Source: Amoeboradix gromovi X-113 (Eukaryota > Fungi > Sanchytriomycota). Taken from it: 32,000 nt of DNA. Positions 11,017 to 21,611 of the stretch are shown in pieces. The number at the start of each line of letters is the position of its first letter. The stretch's first letter is position 1. The DNA is taken from contig JADGIF010000027.1 in the NCBI GenBank assembly GCA_018985225.1, forward strand, positions 1,832 through 33,831, in the 5' to 3' direction. The notes below the pieces were generated by a model. It saw only the letters and a list, made by a program, of their open reading frames with translations, did no database searches and had not been told where the DNA came from. The translations under genes and the position numbers were made by a program.

Positions 11017-11851
11017 ATGAAATTCACACCGTATTTGGATCAGCTGTATGGTTGGTTATATCATAAAGACATCTCCAAATTCCAGTTTAATGAGAGTTTA
11101 TTGTTTGGTACCACTCAAGCAGGAATTACAATGTGTATTGTATATTTAGCGACGCTGTTTGTATTAAATAAGCGTCAAAAAGCGCTAAATATTCCAAGTT
11201 GGTTACCCGCATGCCATAACCTTTTTCTGACCCTACTTAGCTTAATTTTGTTCATTTGGATGACCGAAAATGCCGTTACTCAGTTAATCAATAAAGGGTT
11301 GTTCTTTAGTGTCTGCGACGCTGAATCTTATACTCCTAGAGTTGATTTCATCATGTATTTGAACTATTTAACTAAATTTTATGAACTAATTGACACTCTG
11401 TTTTTGGTACTCAAAAAGAAAAAACTCGAGTTTTTACATGTTTATCATCATAGTACTTCATACTTATATAGGTGCGACATTACTGCTATGTCTATTTGAA
11501 TTGCAAGGTCGTCCTTCTGTTTCCTGGGTAGTTGTTTATTTAAATTTGGCAGTACATGTAGTTATGTATTTTTATTATTTTTTGACGGCATTGAAGATAA
11601 AGGTATGGTGGAAAATGGCAGTGACCATATTGCAGATAACTCAGTTTGTGATCGATTTGGGGTTTGTTTATGGATGCTCTGCAGTATTGGTATTTGAGAC
11701 ATTGGGATGGTCTACTTGGCATTGCTCAGGAACCACATTCTCAGCAGTGTTCGGATGTTCATTATTATCAAGTTATTTGTTATTGTTTCTTACTTTCTTC
11801 GGTAAGACGTACAAGACAAAAGCAAAATCAAGCAAAATCAAAAAAAACTAA
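11017..11851 (+). CDS. ELO: Fatty acid elongase (ELO/GNS1/SUR4 family); 2 exons, join(11017..11452,11472..11851)
   Basis: Motifs KFYELIDT, FLHVYHH, NLAVHVVMYFYY, TILQITQF and a C-terminal KxKxx. Removing the 19-nt intron joins the two track ORFs and gives FLHVYHHSATLLLC. Confidence 0.95.
11453..11471 (+). other. 19-nt spliceosomal-type intron GTACTTCATACTTATATAG (elongase)
   Basis: GT..AG boundaries. Removal restores the frame exactly within the conserved HHxAT motif. Confidence 0.9.
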
Positions 11852-11857
11852 ATAAAA

Positions 11858-12247
11858 TCACATTTCATCTTTATTTACTTGCTTACCCAACAGCTTTACA
11901 ACCGATATAAAGGGATCAACGTTTGATAACTTCTGTGGAATGGATTTTGCAAAAGGCTTAACTTTCAATATGCAGTCTTCTATCACTCTCTTATAATTTA
12001 CTTTGTCTACATTCCATGCAATCTTAGTTGTCATCGCCGTTTTATTTTCAGCAGCAAGTCTTCTCAAGTATTTTCTTTTCTTGACATCCTGATGCTCAAA
12101 TTGTATCTCCACCAACAATCCTTTTTGCAAAAACTTAATCGCTTGATTTACTTTAGTATTTAGGTCATGATCTGCGATTTTCGAAGATATTGTTAAAAGC
12201 TTTGTCTTTGGCGCTTTCTGCAAACCTCTGCGGATCATAGCAATCAT
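11858..12247 (-). CDS. Mitochondrial translation initiation factor IF-3, C-terminal-domain-only protein
   Basis: KLLTISSKIADHDLNTKVNQAIKFLQKGLLVEIQF matches the IF3-C signature (I..HDL..K......FL.KG..V). The short basic N-terminus may be a presequence. Start is ATG 12247 or 12238. Confidence 0.75.
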   Translation of the reverse strand: MIAMIRRGLQKAPKTKLLTISSKIADHDLNTKVNQAIKFLQKGLLVEIQFEHQDVKKRKYLRRLAAENKTAMTTKIAWNVDKVNYKRVIEDCILKVKPFAKSIPQKLSNVDPFISVVKLLGKQVNKDEM

Positions 12248-12291
12248 TTTTAATTTTTGCTGTTTTAAAAGTGATTTCAATTTTTATTTAT

Positions 12292-13264
12292 TTACTCCAA
12301 ATCAATGGCATACCTACAACTTCCGATAAGCGCGCCGAGTTGTATACGATCGGTAGCTCCTTTATTTATGCTGCCCTCTATTTCTCCAAATTGCTTTAAG
12401 ATAAATGATTTTTTATGAACTGGCAAATCTAGTCTAATAATGTGGTCAAACAATCGTTGAAATACACCGGATAGAGCGTATCCTCTGCTTTTCATAATTG
12501 CGTAGACATCTATATTAGTTGTAAGTACTCTGATATGATGTCGTAAAATCCTCATTCAAAATAGAGTTCAATATTGTAGTCAAATGCTCTTCCGATGGCA
12601 AACCCATCATTTCATAGACATCTGCGAGCTTTATATCACGATCTCTAATAGACAGGCCTTGCAGTATGTTTAAGATACATCTCATATCACCATTGCTAAT
12701 ATCAATTAACGCATCAGAGGCATCTTCCGGAATTTTTATGTTCTCAGCAAAACACACTTCTTTTAACCTGACCTTTATATCATCAGGATTCAATGGAGCA
12801 AATCTGAATCTTGTACATCTACTTTGTAATGCGGGAATGATTTTCGAAGCAAAATTACAAATTAGAATAAAACGAACATTACTGGTATACTGCTCTATAA
12901 TTCTACGCAAAGCACCTTGCGCTACTTGCGTTAGGTGATCAGCTTCGTCTAAGATTATGATCTTGTATGGTTTACCCAAGGACTTTGTGGCACTGAAATC
13001 TTTGATTTGGTTTCTAACCACTTCAATACCTCTATCATCACTAGCATTTAGTTGAAGTACGTAGGGTGCCATATTATCACCATAAATAAGACGGCAAATA
13101 TTTACAGCCATCGTAGTTTTCCCTGTACCTGCCGTACCATACAATAACAAATGAGGCAAACCGCCAGCATGCAAAAATTTGTTGATGGTAGATATAATGT
13201 CATTCTGAGAGATAATTTGATCCAAATTGGTTGGTCTGTATTTTTCAACAAATGGCAAACTCAT
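12292..13264 (-). CDS. RFC3: Replication factor C small subunit (yeast Rfc3/human RFC5-like); join(complement 12529..13264, 12292..12509)
   Basis: LPFVEKYRP, LPHLLLYGTAGTGKT, LNASDDRGI, IILDEAD, IIPALQSRCTRFRF and GDMR. The C-terminal helical domain is recovered after removing the 19-nt intron. Confidence 0.92.
12510..12528 (-). other. 19-nt intron GTACTTACAACTAATATAG (RFC subunit)
   Basis: GT..AG with a CTAAT branch motif and an in-frame stop. Removal gives ...FTTSYQNVYAIMKSRGYAL. Confidence 0.9.
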
Positions 13265-13599
13265 GAGTGGAGGTTATGAAAAATAACTTTCAATTCTCGT
13301 AAGTTTTGAAGAAAATAGTTTTGGTTTAATCAATGACCCTGTACCCACGGAATGTAGAAAAAGGGAATCTGAAAAGGGTGCTTGACGTATTAGGATTGAT
13401 TACAAGTATATACTAGACCAATGGCTTTGTATAGAGAACGTATTTATCTCTTTATTAAAAAGAGGGGAACTAATCAACATTTAAGAATAAAACAATCAAA
13501 GAAGAAAAACTTAAAGATGCATTGGAGATGCTAGCTTTACTTGACTAAATCGTGCAACGCTCCAAGTGAACAGGGCATCATTTTAACGGAGTTAATCAT

Positions 13600-13987
13600 T
13601 TATTGTGATTTCTTGTATTCTACGTCTACGTTAAATGTGAAGCTCTCAAATTACTTCGAGATCCCACACTCCTTCAGTGTAGACAACTTGGGTAAGCGCC
13701 ATTTAAGCATATTTTTCCCTACATTAATAAACAATACCTGGATTAATATCTCTATGATCTTCGTGACCACACGCATTACATTTGAACCATCTTCCTTGAA
13801 TCTTCTTTTTGGATTGTGGCAACTCTAACGAAATTGGATAGCTTTTAATTCTTCATCAACATTTGCGTTCCAATGAGAGGTCGCTAAAATCCTTTAAATG
13901 GTGTTATTCGTATCACTAAATGTTTTATAAAATACACCAATAAAATTGAAGAGAACTATGATTTATTTAAGAAATTCACATTTGGGT
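13600..13987 (-). mobile_element. Degenerate TnpB/Fanzor relic (zinc finger plus RuvC-III) with a downstream hairpin and a left-end-like motif; boundaries approximate
   Basis: Minus-strand 13792-13724 reads RWFKCNACGHEDHRDINPGIVY*, matching the TnpB FxCxxCGxxxxRDxN signature. A GTAA-loop hairpin lies at 13635-13669. 13958-13974 matches the left end of the 22 kb element at 16/17 nt, in the same orientation relative to tnpB. Confidence 0.6.
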
Positions 13988-14360
13988 TTACGGTTCCAAT
14001 GTTTCTTCTTACCAGAATTCTGTAATTGAAAAAAGCATACTTTGTTTAAGTAATTTATGACGAGTGTTTTCCAATCACCACACCCACAATGTCAAATCTA
14101 AAAGGGTTAGTAGTGGATATAGAATAAATACGCTACAGGAACGTTAAGTAAAATTTCAACTTCAGATAATAGACTCATTCTTTTTGCTGCAAATTCAGGA
14201 CTTATTTGGTATTCGCACATCTTCAATACAAGTCATCTTATACGCGTGAGTTTCATCCCTTATAGATAAAGGATATTTAGCTAAATTTCAATACTATGTT
14301 TGAGGCATCCAAGACGCATATTGTTAAGGGCATTAGGAGTGGTTATTCACAGGTAGACAG

Positions 14361-14953
14361 AATCCTCTATCCTGCATAATGTTTGCAATTAACGTGTAGC
14401 ATATCCTTCAATTGCAGCGTCTTATTGCCAGCATTTCTAATTACACCATAGCTGTGGGGTGCGCTCCGCCTAATTAGTGTGTTTAGAATACTAAAGACTA
14501 TCTCGCAAACCTGTTTGGCAAGTTGCTCCAACCTAATGTTTAACTCTTTCCCAGTGGAGTCGGAGATTCCGGAGAGTGGGTCTTTGTCAAGTTTATTTTC
14601 ATTTCTTACCGGTGGTTGCAGGATTATTATATTAATAGTAGTGGCACGACAGCTACAGATGGTGTGAAAACTGGTTAGTATAGATTTCATACTAAATATC
14701 GTACTCAGTACAGCAGAATACAACCGCGTATTGCTGAGACATTCGCTAGTAAGCTCGGTGCTGAAAAATCTATGTGGAATCTAATCAAAATAAGCAATGG
14801 AATTACATTCCAGCAGAATCTAGAACAACACATAGAGGTCAGCTACTCGATATCTGATCAGCCATATACTGTACTAGAAATGCTGGCAATAAGACGCTGC
14901 AATTGAAGGATATGCTACACGTTAATTGCAAACATTATGCAGAAAAGAGGATT
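14361..14953. repeat. Long inverted repeat: 14372-14439 and 14875-14942 are 68-bp perfect reverse complements (79 bp with 2 mismatches)
   Basis: Direct comparison: ctgcataatgtttgcaattaacg...gccagcatttcta versus tagaaatgctggc...cgttaattgcaaacattatgcag. Confidence 0.93.
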
Positions 14954-15129
14954 TTTGGGAATTTCCTGCATTGGAAAGAGGCTGTTCGATGGCTGTACCA
15001 AAGGCAAGACGACACTGGAATCAAACTATGGTGTTGGTATAGCAGTTAGTAACTGGGAATTTGCAGTTCTAGACAATTCTAAACTAGGAAGACACCAAAT
15101 TATGCCTTCGGTATTGGTCTTGTGCAAAC

Positions 15130-16053
15130 TGTGAAACCCTAGGCAAGAAGAATCTGAGCTGATCAAGCGAAAGAAATATGCGACCCTTGTGTCAGATGCT
15201 CTTAATGATTTCTCAGGGTATGTAGTGTTTTCGTCTTCTTTGAAGGTACTTCTTGAAGAAACTTTCTCAGTCGGCGACATAATGCGGAAGGGAAACCCAG
15301 TAGACTTCGTCGTGCTTGTAAAGATACTTCAGACATAGTGGGTGTTGCTGAGGTGCAGCTACCAGGATTTGGACTCGACAAATTCATCAAATTGTGGAAC
15401 ACATGAGTGATCTTCGCAACTCCTAATGTTCGTTCGTGTTTTGCATTTTAACAACTCACAAGGAATGGAAGATATCTTGGTTTGGAGATTCATATGCTGC
15501 AGCAGTTGCCACCTCCGGGTAGCTTGCCATGGGTTGAGTATGGTTAGGAGTGCTACCGAATATTGCATTGGAGGTAGAGCAAGAGCGTGTTGTGTTAATC
15601 AAGGATATACCACCACTCATATTTGATACTGTCGAATGTTCAACAAACCTGTGTAAAATGCGTAATTCTCCAATTTATACTCCAAGTAGAGTTATGCACT
15701 CGCACTCAAGGTGTGTATGTGCTACTGCTGAGGAAATGGCTTACAAAAGACTTCCTAAGTAGCTTAGCGAATTTAAGTACGCTATACCGTCTGAGCAATG
15801 TCGCAAGTTTATCGTTCTTTCGTATTTCCATCAAGACGGTGATGGGAGAGTGGCACTGCTTTCATTCATCTCTGGTAATTTGGCTCTGCTAAAGTTTCTG
15901 AAAAACGAGGAAGATAATCTTCCAACGCTTGAAAAGGAATCGGCGCATCGTGTCAGTAATAAAATTAACGAATTCTATGTTTCCGTATTCAATCTTTCTT
16001 CAAGGCGATCGAAGCGTGAGCAAAGTATGCAGCGAGAAGACTGGATAATTTAG
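15130..16053 (+). pseudogene. Decayed Crinkler(CRN)-like gene: PD-(D/E)xK nuclease-like segment followed by a kinase-like N-lobe
   Basis: Fragments in shifting frames with stops: VDFVV / DIVGVAEVQLPG / QIVEHMSDLRNS*CSFVFCILTTHKEWKISWFGD / LCKMRNSP / YFHQDGDGRVALLSFISGNLALLKF...LEKE. Order and motifs match my recollection of CRN-associated REase-kinase proteins of oomycetes and early fungi. Confidence 0.5.
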
Positions 16054-16592
16054 ATTTTCTGAGAAACCAGTACTTTTAACGCGGAGATTAATTGGGACAC
16101 CAAATATAAAAACTAGACTAACTCGTCTTTAAAGGTGCACCATACGGAGGAAATGCTATCATTAATAAAAGATCTTCTATTGTACCAATTTTCTTTCATT
16201 GATTGTATTTCTCTTTTTAAAATAAAACTAGAAGAACCTACATCTCGTTCAAATAGAGGTTTTTGAGCATCTAAGCAAAATGTGCATTTTCTTGGACGGT
16301 ACTCTTTTCTAGAGTCATTTTGTAATGTTATACTAGCATCATTACTCTTATCTATTCTAGTTTTTACAGAGTAATAGTGATATTTTATTTGAAATAACGA
16401 TTGGATGAAAGAGTAAGAGAATAGCTGTACAGAATATTTATTTTACTTTTATACTCGTCAACTCCGCAACTAGCTGAATGTCCACTCGCGTCTTAAATCC
16501 ATAGAATTAATAAAGCCGAAATAATGATTCAAACTGTATCAGAAAGTTAGTCCAGTTTTTATATTTGATGTCTCAATTGTAAATTAATGGAT

Positions 16593-17024
16593 TTATTTAG
16601 AGCTCGATACAATATTCAGAATTTGCTTTAATTCTCTTTCATATCTTCTGGCTGCGTGAAAGTCAACAGACTTGTAAGCCCTAATGTAGATGTTGTTAGA
16701 AATAATTTTAGACTTTTGAAATCCTTTAGCATCGTATTGCTGTAATTCGACTGGCTTTTTATTGGCGCAATTAAAACTTTCAGAGGGCTTCCAATAAAGT
16801 ACTTCAGCATAAGTAAGCTTGTTTGAAAAACTCAAAAGTTCTTCTTTGCCAACTGCAAGGGCGCTATCTTGTTTGTGTTGAACTTTTTTATTAGCAAAAA
16901 AATTTAAGTCTCTGGATTCTTTTAACTTAGTTGGGCTGCTCCAACCAAAAATTTCATTTGGATTGAATGTAGAGTCTAGATTATTTGGTTTTCTCAAATC
17001 CTGAGTTTTAGTTTTTTCTTCCAT
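16593..17024 (-). CDS. Hypothetical protein (143 aa)
   Basis: ATG-initiated ORF 74 nt downstream of the cullin stop on the same strand, with protein-like composition. No recognisable domain. Confidence 0.5.
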   Translation of the reverse strand: MEEKTKTQDLRKPNNLDSTFNPNEIFGWSSPTKLKESRDLNFFANKKVQHKQDSALAVGKEELLSFSNKLTYAEVLYWKPSESFNCANKKPVELQQYDAKGFQKSKIISNNIYIRAYKSVDFHAARRYERELKQILNIVSSSK

Positions 17025-17098
17025 TGGCCTTCAGGGTGCAATTAGAAATCTTTAGCGAATCTTCATATGATTTTAATAATTGCCACATCATTTATTTT

Positions 17099-19136
17099 TT
17101 AAGCCAAGTAGTGGTATGTTTCCATGTCCTCGTCATCTCTTTTCAAATAATCTCTCTCGATTAATGAATTTATTCTCTGTTTATACAAAGTAGTATCTAG
17201 CGGATACTTCAGTTCATCCATGGTTTGTTTATACAAGTCGTCATGTCTCAAGTGCCTCCTTGTCTTCATAAGCCTTACAATTATTGCTTCTACTTGGTGC
17301 TGCCGGTCTTCGAATACTTTTGCTCTAGTCAACGCATCTTCTTCTACTGTTTCTTTTAAAGCCATGCTTGCTAAAGGAATTCTGTACTTTTTGTGGGTAA
17401 ATCTTGGATTTATAGTAAAGCTTGATTCTAATGAGAACTCTGCACACTAAATTAGCACGAAATACCTCACTAGTGCATGATATTATCATGGCTTTTGGAT
17501 TCATCAAGGATATCAAGGTATTCTTTAAATCTGGTTCGCTCAAACCCAACAACAATTTTAAATCTTGAAAAGTCATTGACTGGGATGTAAGGATCCCGTC
17601 ATTCACATTCCCACCTATTGCCAGCAGTACACTAGCTTGCAAGGCGTTGCATATCAGCTCTTTTTGTTGTGCAAACCTACAGACAAGTACAGTTTTGCTC
17701 AACAATGGCACAAATACAATCTTCTTCATTTTATTTTTCTGCAGATGATATTCCATGAATTTGGAGTAGATAGAGTTAAGCTGTTCTGGTAACTTCAATT
17801 CTTGTTTTGGATAACTTGGCCACTTGCTACTTGTTAAGATTGTGCCTTGAAAATGAAATGGAAGCGGGATTATGTTACTCTGCATCATTGCTGAGAATGA
17901 ACTCGATTCTTCATTTGACGCCATAATATCAGAGAACATGCCCTCTAAATGTTGAGTATTATTTGAGCCTATTTCTAATTTCATTTTGTACACAAACTGT
18001 TTCTCCTCGTCCATTGAAGCACTTTTTTGTAGTAATAATCTACGAGCTAGATAAACCTTATAGAACGCAATATACACATCCTTGTCTTGCAGACATCTAA
18101 ACAAAAGTATGATAAAATCCGAAGTTTGCTCAAATGGTAAATCAATATTACCACGTAACAGGCTGTCGGTGTATTTAACAAGCAATTCAGTTGTATCTTT
18201 ACCTATTGATCTTGTCATGTTTATTGTCTGTTGAAATGCTTTTTTGTAGTGATCTATCCATGAGAATGAGCTAATCAACATCAATTGACATCCGTGCATT
18301 AATTTGATCCATTCTTGCATTACCTGATCGTCAGGTAACAGTAAATATTTGCTAGATTCTTTTATCAAGTAGTCTTCTAAGTAGACGCCAAAAACAGACA
18401 TTTGATTCGCATCATGGAGCAAATTAAAAAAGTTTGATATTTGCTCAGAACTTAATGAGAACAAAGAATCGAATTGTTTCGGTATTATAGAAATATGAAC
18501 AACAAACAGACATTCCAGCAATAAAGAATGCACTTTTGCTTTGATCTCGGAATAATAATTTTCAGCAATTTCTAGCTCGACTGCAAACGTGCTAATGATG
18601 AATGATATGAATTCATTTAAACTACATGGAACATCAACATGCATGTAATGATCGGATAGAACATCTAAGACATGCTCATTGAACCTGGACGTGCATTGAA
18701 GTTGATTAATCATTTGGATTGCTTGCTCCGATTTGTACTTCATAAAATGATCAAAAACCTCATTAGTGAGTAGAGCACGATATAGCATCAATAGGGTAGT
18801 ATATATATTGGCTTGCTTGGTATTCATATAAGCCAGGCAAAGACTTATCTTTTTAACCTTAGATTCATATCCATAAAAGTGTTGTACGTTGGTAGGGTCC
18901 AGGTCTGTGAGAGATTGCTTACATTGCTGAACAACCCAGTCTAGTAAATCTTTATTTTTGTGGTATAGAACAAGTTGGCGAACCAATTCATAGGATTTGT
19001 GCGTATCGCATTGTTCTTCGGATAATATCTTAGAAATTGTGGATTTGACAGTTAATATGGATGAGGATATGTAGTTATTGTCGATGGCTGGGGCAGAATT
19101 GAAGGTAATCTGAATCTGCTTACGTCTGTTTAACAT
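17099..19136 (-). CDS. CUL4: Cullin, most similar to cullin-4; join(complement 17466..19136, 17099..17446)
   Basis: KDVYIAFYKVYLARRLLLQKSASMDEEK and LEGMFSDI, plus the neddylation domain DRQHQVEAIIVRLMKTRR...LIERDYLKRD...YHYLA, joined after removing the 19-nt intron. Start could be 19202 rather than 19136. Confidence 0.88.
17447..17465 (-). other. 19-nt intron GTATTTCGTGCTAATTTAG (cullin)
   Basis: GT..AG with a GCTAAT branch motif. Removal fuses the cullin-homology ORF to the Nedd8-domain ORF (SCTSE|CAEFSLESSFTINPRF). Confidence 0.9.
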
Positions 19137-19709
19137 TTCAAAAACTCCTTGAAGTTCCACCAATATCAAAAATAAATTCACACCAATGTAAGTGCTCCTC
19201 ATTTACTAGAACGGGTTTCTTAGAATATCAACAATTTCCTAAGAAAAGCCTAAAATATTTCAAGTTTATGTCCTTTGTTGCCTTTGGTCTCTGTCCGCTT
19301 ATAAATTGCAGTTTGCGCATGTGTATTTCCCCAAATTGGTTTTATTTGGAGAAATACACCTTCAAATACTTTTCTAGTAAACACTTCATTACATTCCATC
19401 AGCGTCTTTCACTTTTATTCGAGCGATAATTCATTTTAGACCACTTTTGTACTAATAATGTGTTACATCTGAAATATTCTATCTGTGGTGATTTCAAGTC
19501 ATTTTCATTGATAAAAAAGGCAATATTGTACTATGACGCAGTAAAATGATCTAAAAAGAGAGGAACATGAGGAAATCTGTTAGATTAACATAGGTTTGTT
19601 TTTCTGACACTCGCTTTTGCAAACAGGCCATCTTTCATACAGCATTTCACCTGTGCTACAATCGCAAGTCAAATAAGCTTCGAGACCAACAGTTGTTGAA
19701 ACAATTAAT

Positions 19710-21503
19710 TTACTTTTCCAAACATGATTTTTGATAATCATATATATCAGTATTAGGCCACTCTGTCATCTTTCCGTATTCTACAACAAACATCTGCTTA
19801 AAACTGGTTGTCGATGAAAACACAATTTCTATAAACTTAACATCGTGCGAAACTAATATCAATGCTCCTTGGAAGTCTCTCAATGCATATGCGAGCGCTT
19901 TCAATGAAATAATATCTAAATGATTACTTGCTTCATCCATGATCAAAACGTTTGGTAATTGCAAGCTTAAAGCACTAAATGACACTCTACTTTTTTGCCC
20001 TCCACTCAAACTCTGTAATGGTTGCAACGCTAAATCACCAGTGATTCCAAATCTTCCTAAATGAGCTCGGTACTGCTGCTCAGTTTGTCCAGTCTTTACT
20101 GTTGATAAATATTGAACCGCATTTTGGTCCATATCCTGGAAAGAATCTACATGATGCTGGCTAAAATATCCAATTTTAGTGATTCCGTTTGTTATAACAT
20201 CACCACTGATTGGCGCTTCAACTCCCATTAGCAACTTGAGAATGGTAGACTTACCAGCACCGTTATGGCCTACCAGAATAGTTTTACTATTCATTCTGAT
20301 ACCCATATCCATGTTCTGCACAATATTTTTGGTCACATTGGGATATTTGAAAGTAACATCTTTCAATTGAATTAAGGTAATTTCGCTCACTTCTGGTTGT
20401 TCAAATGAGTACGGCACTACAGGCTGATCCAACTCTGTGATTTCAGGTAACTCCACATCTTTCATCTTCTCAATAACCTTTAGTTTAGATTGAGCTTGAG
20501 CAGATCTAGCAGCATTAGCTCTAAATCTATCAACAAACGCCTGTAAGTGGGCCTTGTCTCGTTCATTGTTCTCGTATTCTCTAGTTTGCTGTTTAGTTAG
20601 CTCCATACGAGTTTTTTCAAACATAGTGAAATTGCCCTTATAAGATTTGATTTTCTGATTAAACAAATGAAATATATCTGTGGCGATTAGATCTAAAAAT
20701 GACTGATCGTGCGATACTACAACTACGCTACCTTGGAAATCATTATTCAAATAGTTAGCAAGCCAAGCAACAGCCGGAATGTCCAAATGATTAGTAGGTT
20801 CATCCAAAAGTAATAAATCAGGGTTGACAAACAATGCTTTTGCCAACGCGACTCTCATTTGCCAACCACCAGAGAAAGTGTCTAAAGGCCATGATAGTTG
20901 ATCATGCTGAAAACCTAGTCCAATCAATAAAGCAGCAGCACGAGATTCAGCGGTATGAATATCCAGAATGTCCATTTCATCGTAAATATCATCTAACTCT
21001 AATTCCAACTCCTTGGAAGATTTGCTTTTCTGAATCAGGTCATTAATTTCTGCTTCACGGCGAATTAAGTACTCTCTTACTTGATCAGCCTTTAAAACAA
21101 CACTTAAAATAGTGTCATCGCTTTCTGTCAATTCTTGTTCTACATAACAAACTTTCATGTGGAAAGGGACATCTAATTCACGGACAGTGATCGCATGCAA
21201 CAAAGTAGATTTACCAATACCATTCATTCCAATTAAACCATAGCGACGTTGATGAGAAATTTTAATATCGGTCTCTTTCAGCACAGTTAATCCATAAAGA
21301 TTCAAAGTTACATTTTCCAACATGATATCCATAACTCTGTCTTCCTTTTGTGCGAGATATTGTTGATATGCCTCTTCGTTACTCAATGCAACTTTCTTTT
21401 TTTCCTTCGAGACCTTCTTCTTGTTCTTTTTATCCTTTTTATCACGCTTCTGTTGCAACTTCTTTTCGGCTTTTGCTAATGCTTCTTGATCTACTATGCT
21501 CAT
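19710..21503 (-). CDS. ABC-F family translation-associated ATPase (Gcn20/ABCF3-like)
   Basis: Two nucleotide-binding domains (GMNGIGKST, FSGGWQMR, LLLDEPTNHLD; GHNGAGKST, LSGGQKSR, DEASNHLD), linker FVDRFRANAARSAQAQS and no TM segments. First ATG at 21503. Confidence 0.93.
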   Translation of the reverse strand: MSIVDQEALAKAEKKLQQKRDKKDKKNKKKVSKEKKKVALSNEEAYQQYLAQKEDRVMDIMLENVTLNLYGLTVLKETDIKISHQRRYGLIGMNGIGKSTLLHAITVRELDVPFHMKVCYVEQELTESDDTILSVVLKADQVREYLIRREAEINDLIQKSKSSKELELELDDIYDEMDILDIHTAESRAAALLIGLGFQHDQLSWPLDTFSGGWQMRVALAKALFVNPDLLLLDEPTNHLDIPAVAWLANYLNNDFQGSVVVVSHDQSFLDLIATDIFHLFNQKIKSYKGNFTMFEKTRMELTKQQTREYENNERDKAHLQAFVDRFRANAARSAQAQSKLKVIEKMKDVELPEITELDQPVVPYSFEQPEVSEITLIQLKDVTFKYPNVTKNIVQNMDMGIRMNSKTILVGHNGAGKSTILKLLMGVEAPISGDVITNGITKIGYFSQHHVDSFQDMDQNAVQYLSTVKTGQTEQQYRAHLGRFGITGDLALQPLQSLSGGQKSRVSFSALSLQLPNVLIMDEASNHLDIISLKALAYALRDFQGALILVSHDVKFIEIVFSSTTSFKQMFVVEYGKMTEWPNTDIYDYQKSCLEK

Positions 21504-21611
21504 TATCTCTGTGTATACTCCTATTTCACAAATATCCCCTGTTAAAATGAGATAAACGTAAATTATCTTAGATAACGAATGGCGCAAACAGTAAATCAGG
21601 CAATTTCTCCT

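Noticed and set aside
19203-19709. Relatively long intergenic gap between cullin and ABCF
   Set aside because: No ORF, RNA gene, repeat or intron-consensus match found by eye.
21539-21557. Another 19-nt GT..AG segment (GTTTATCTCATTTTAACAG, minus strand) upstream of ABCF
   Set aside because: It does not fit the GTAYT / A14 / TAG consensus, and splicing would join a frame with a stop three codons upstream. At most a UTR intron, and unsupported.
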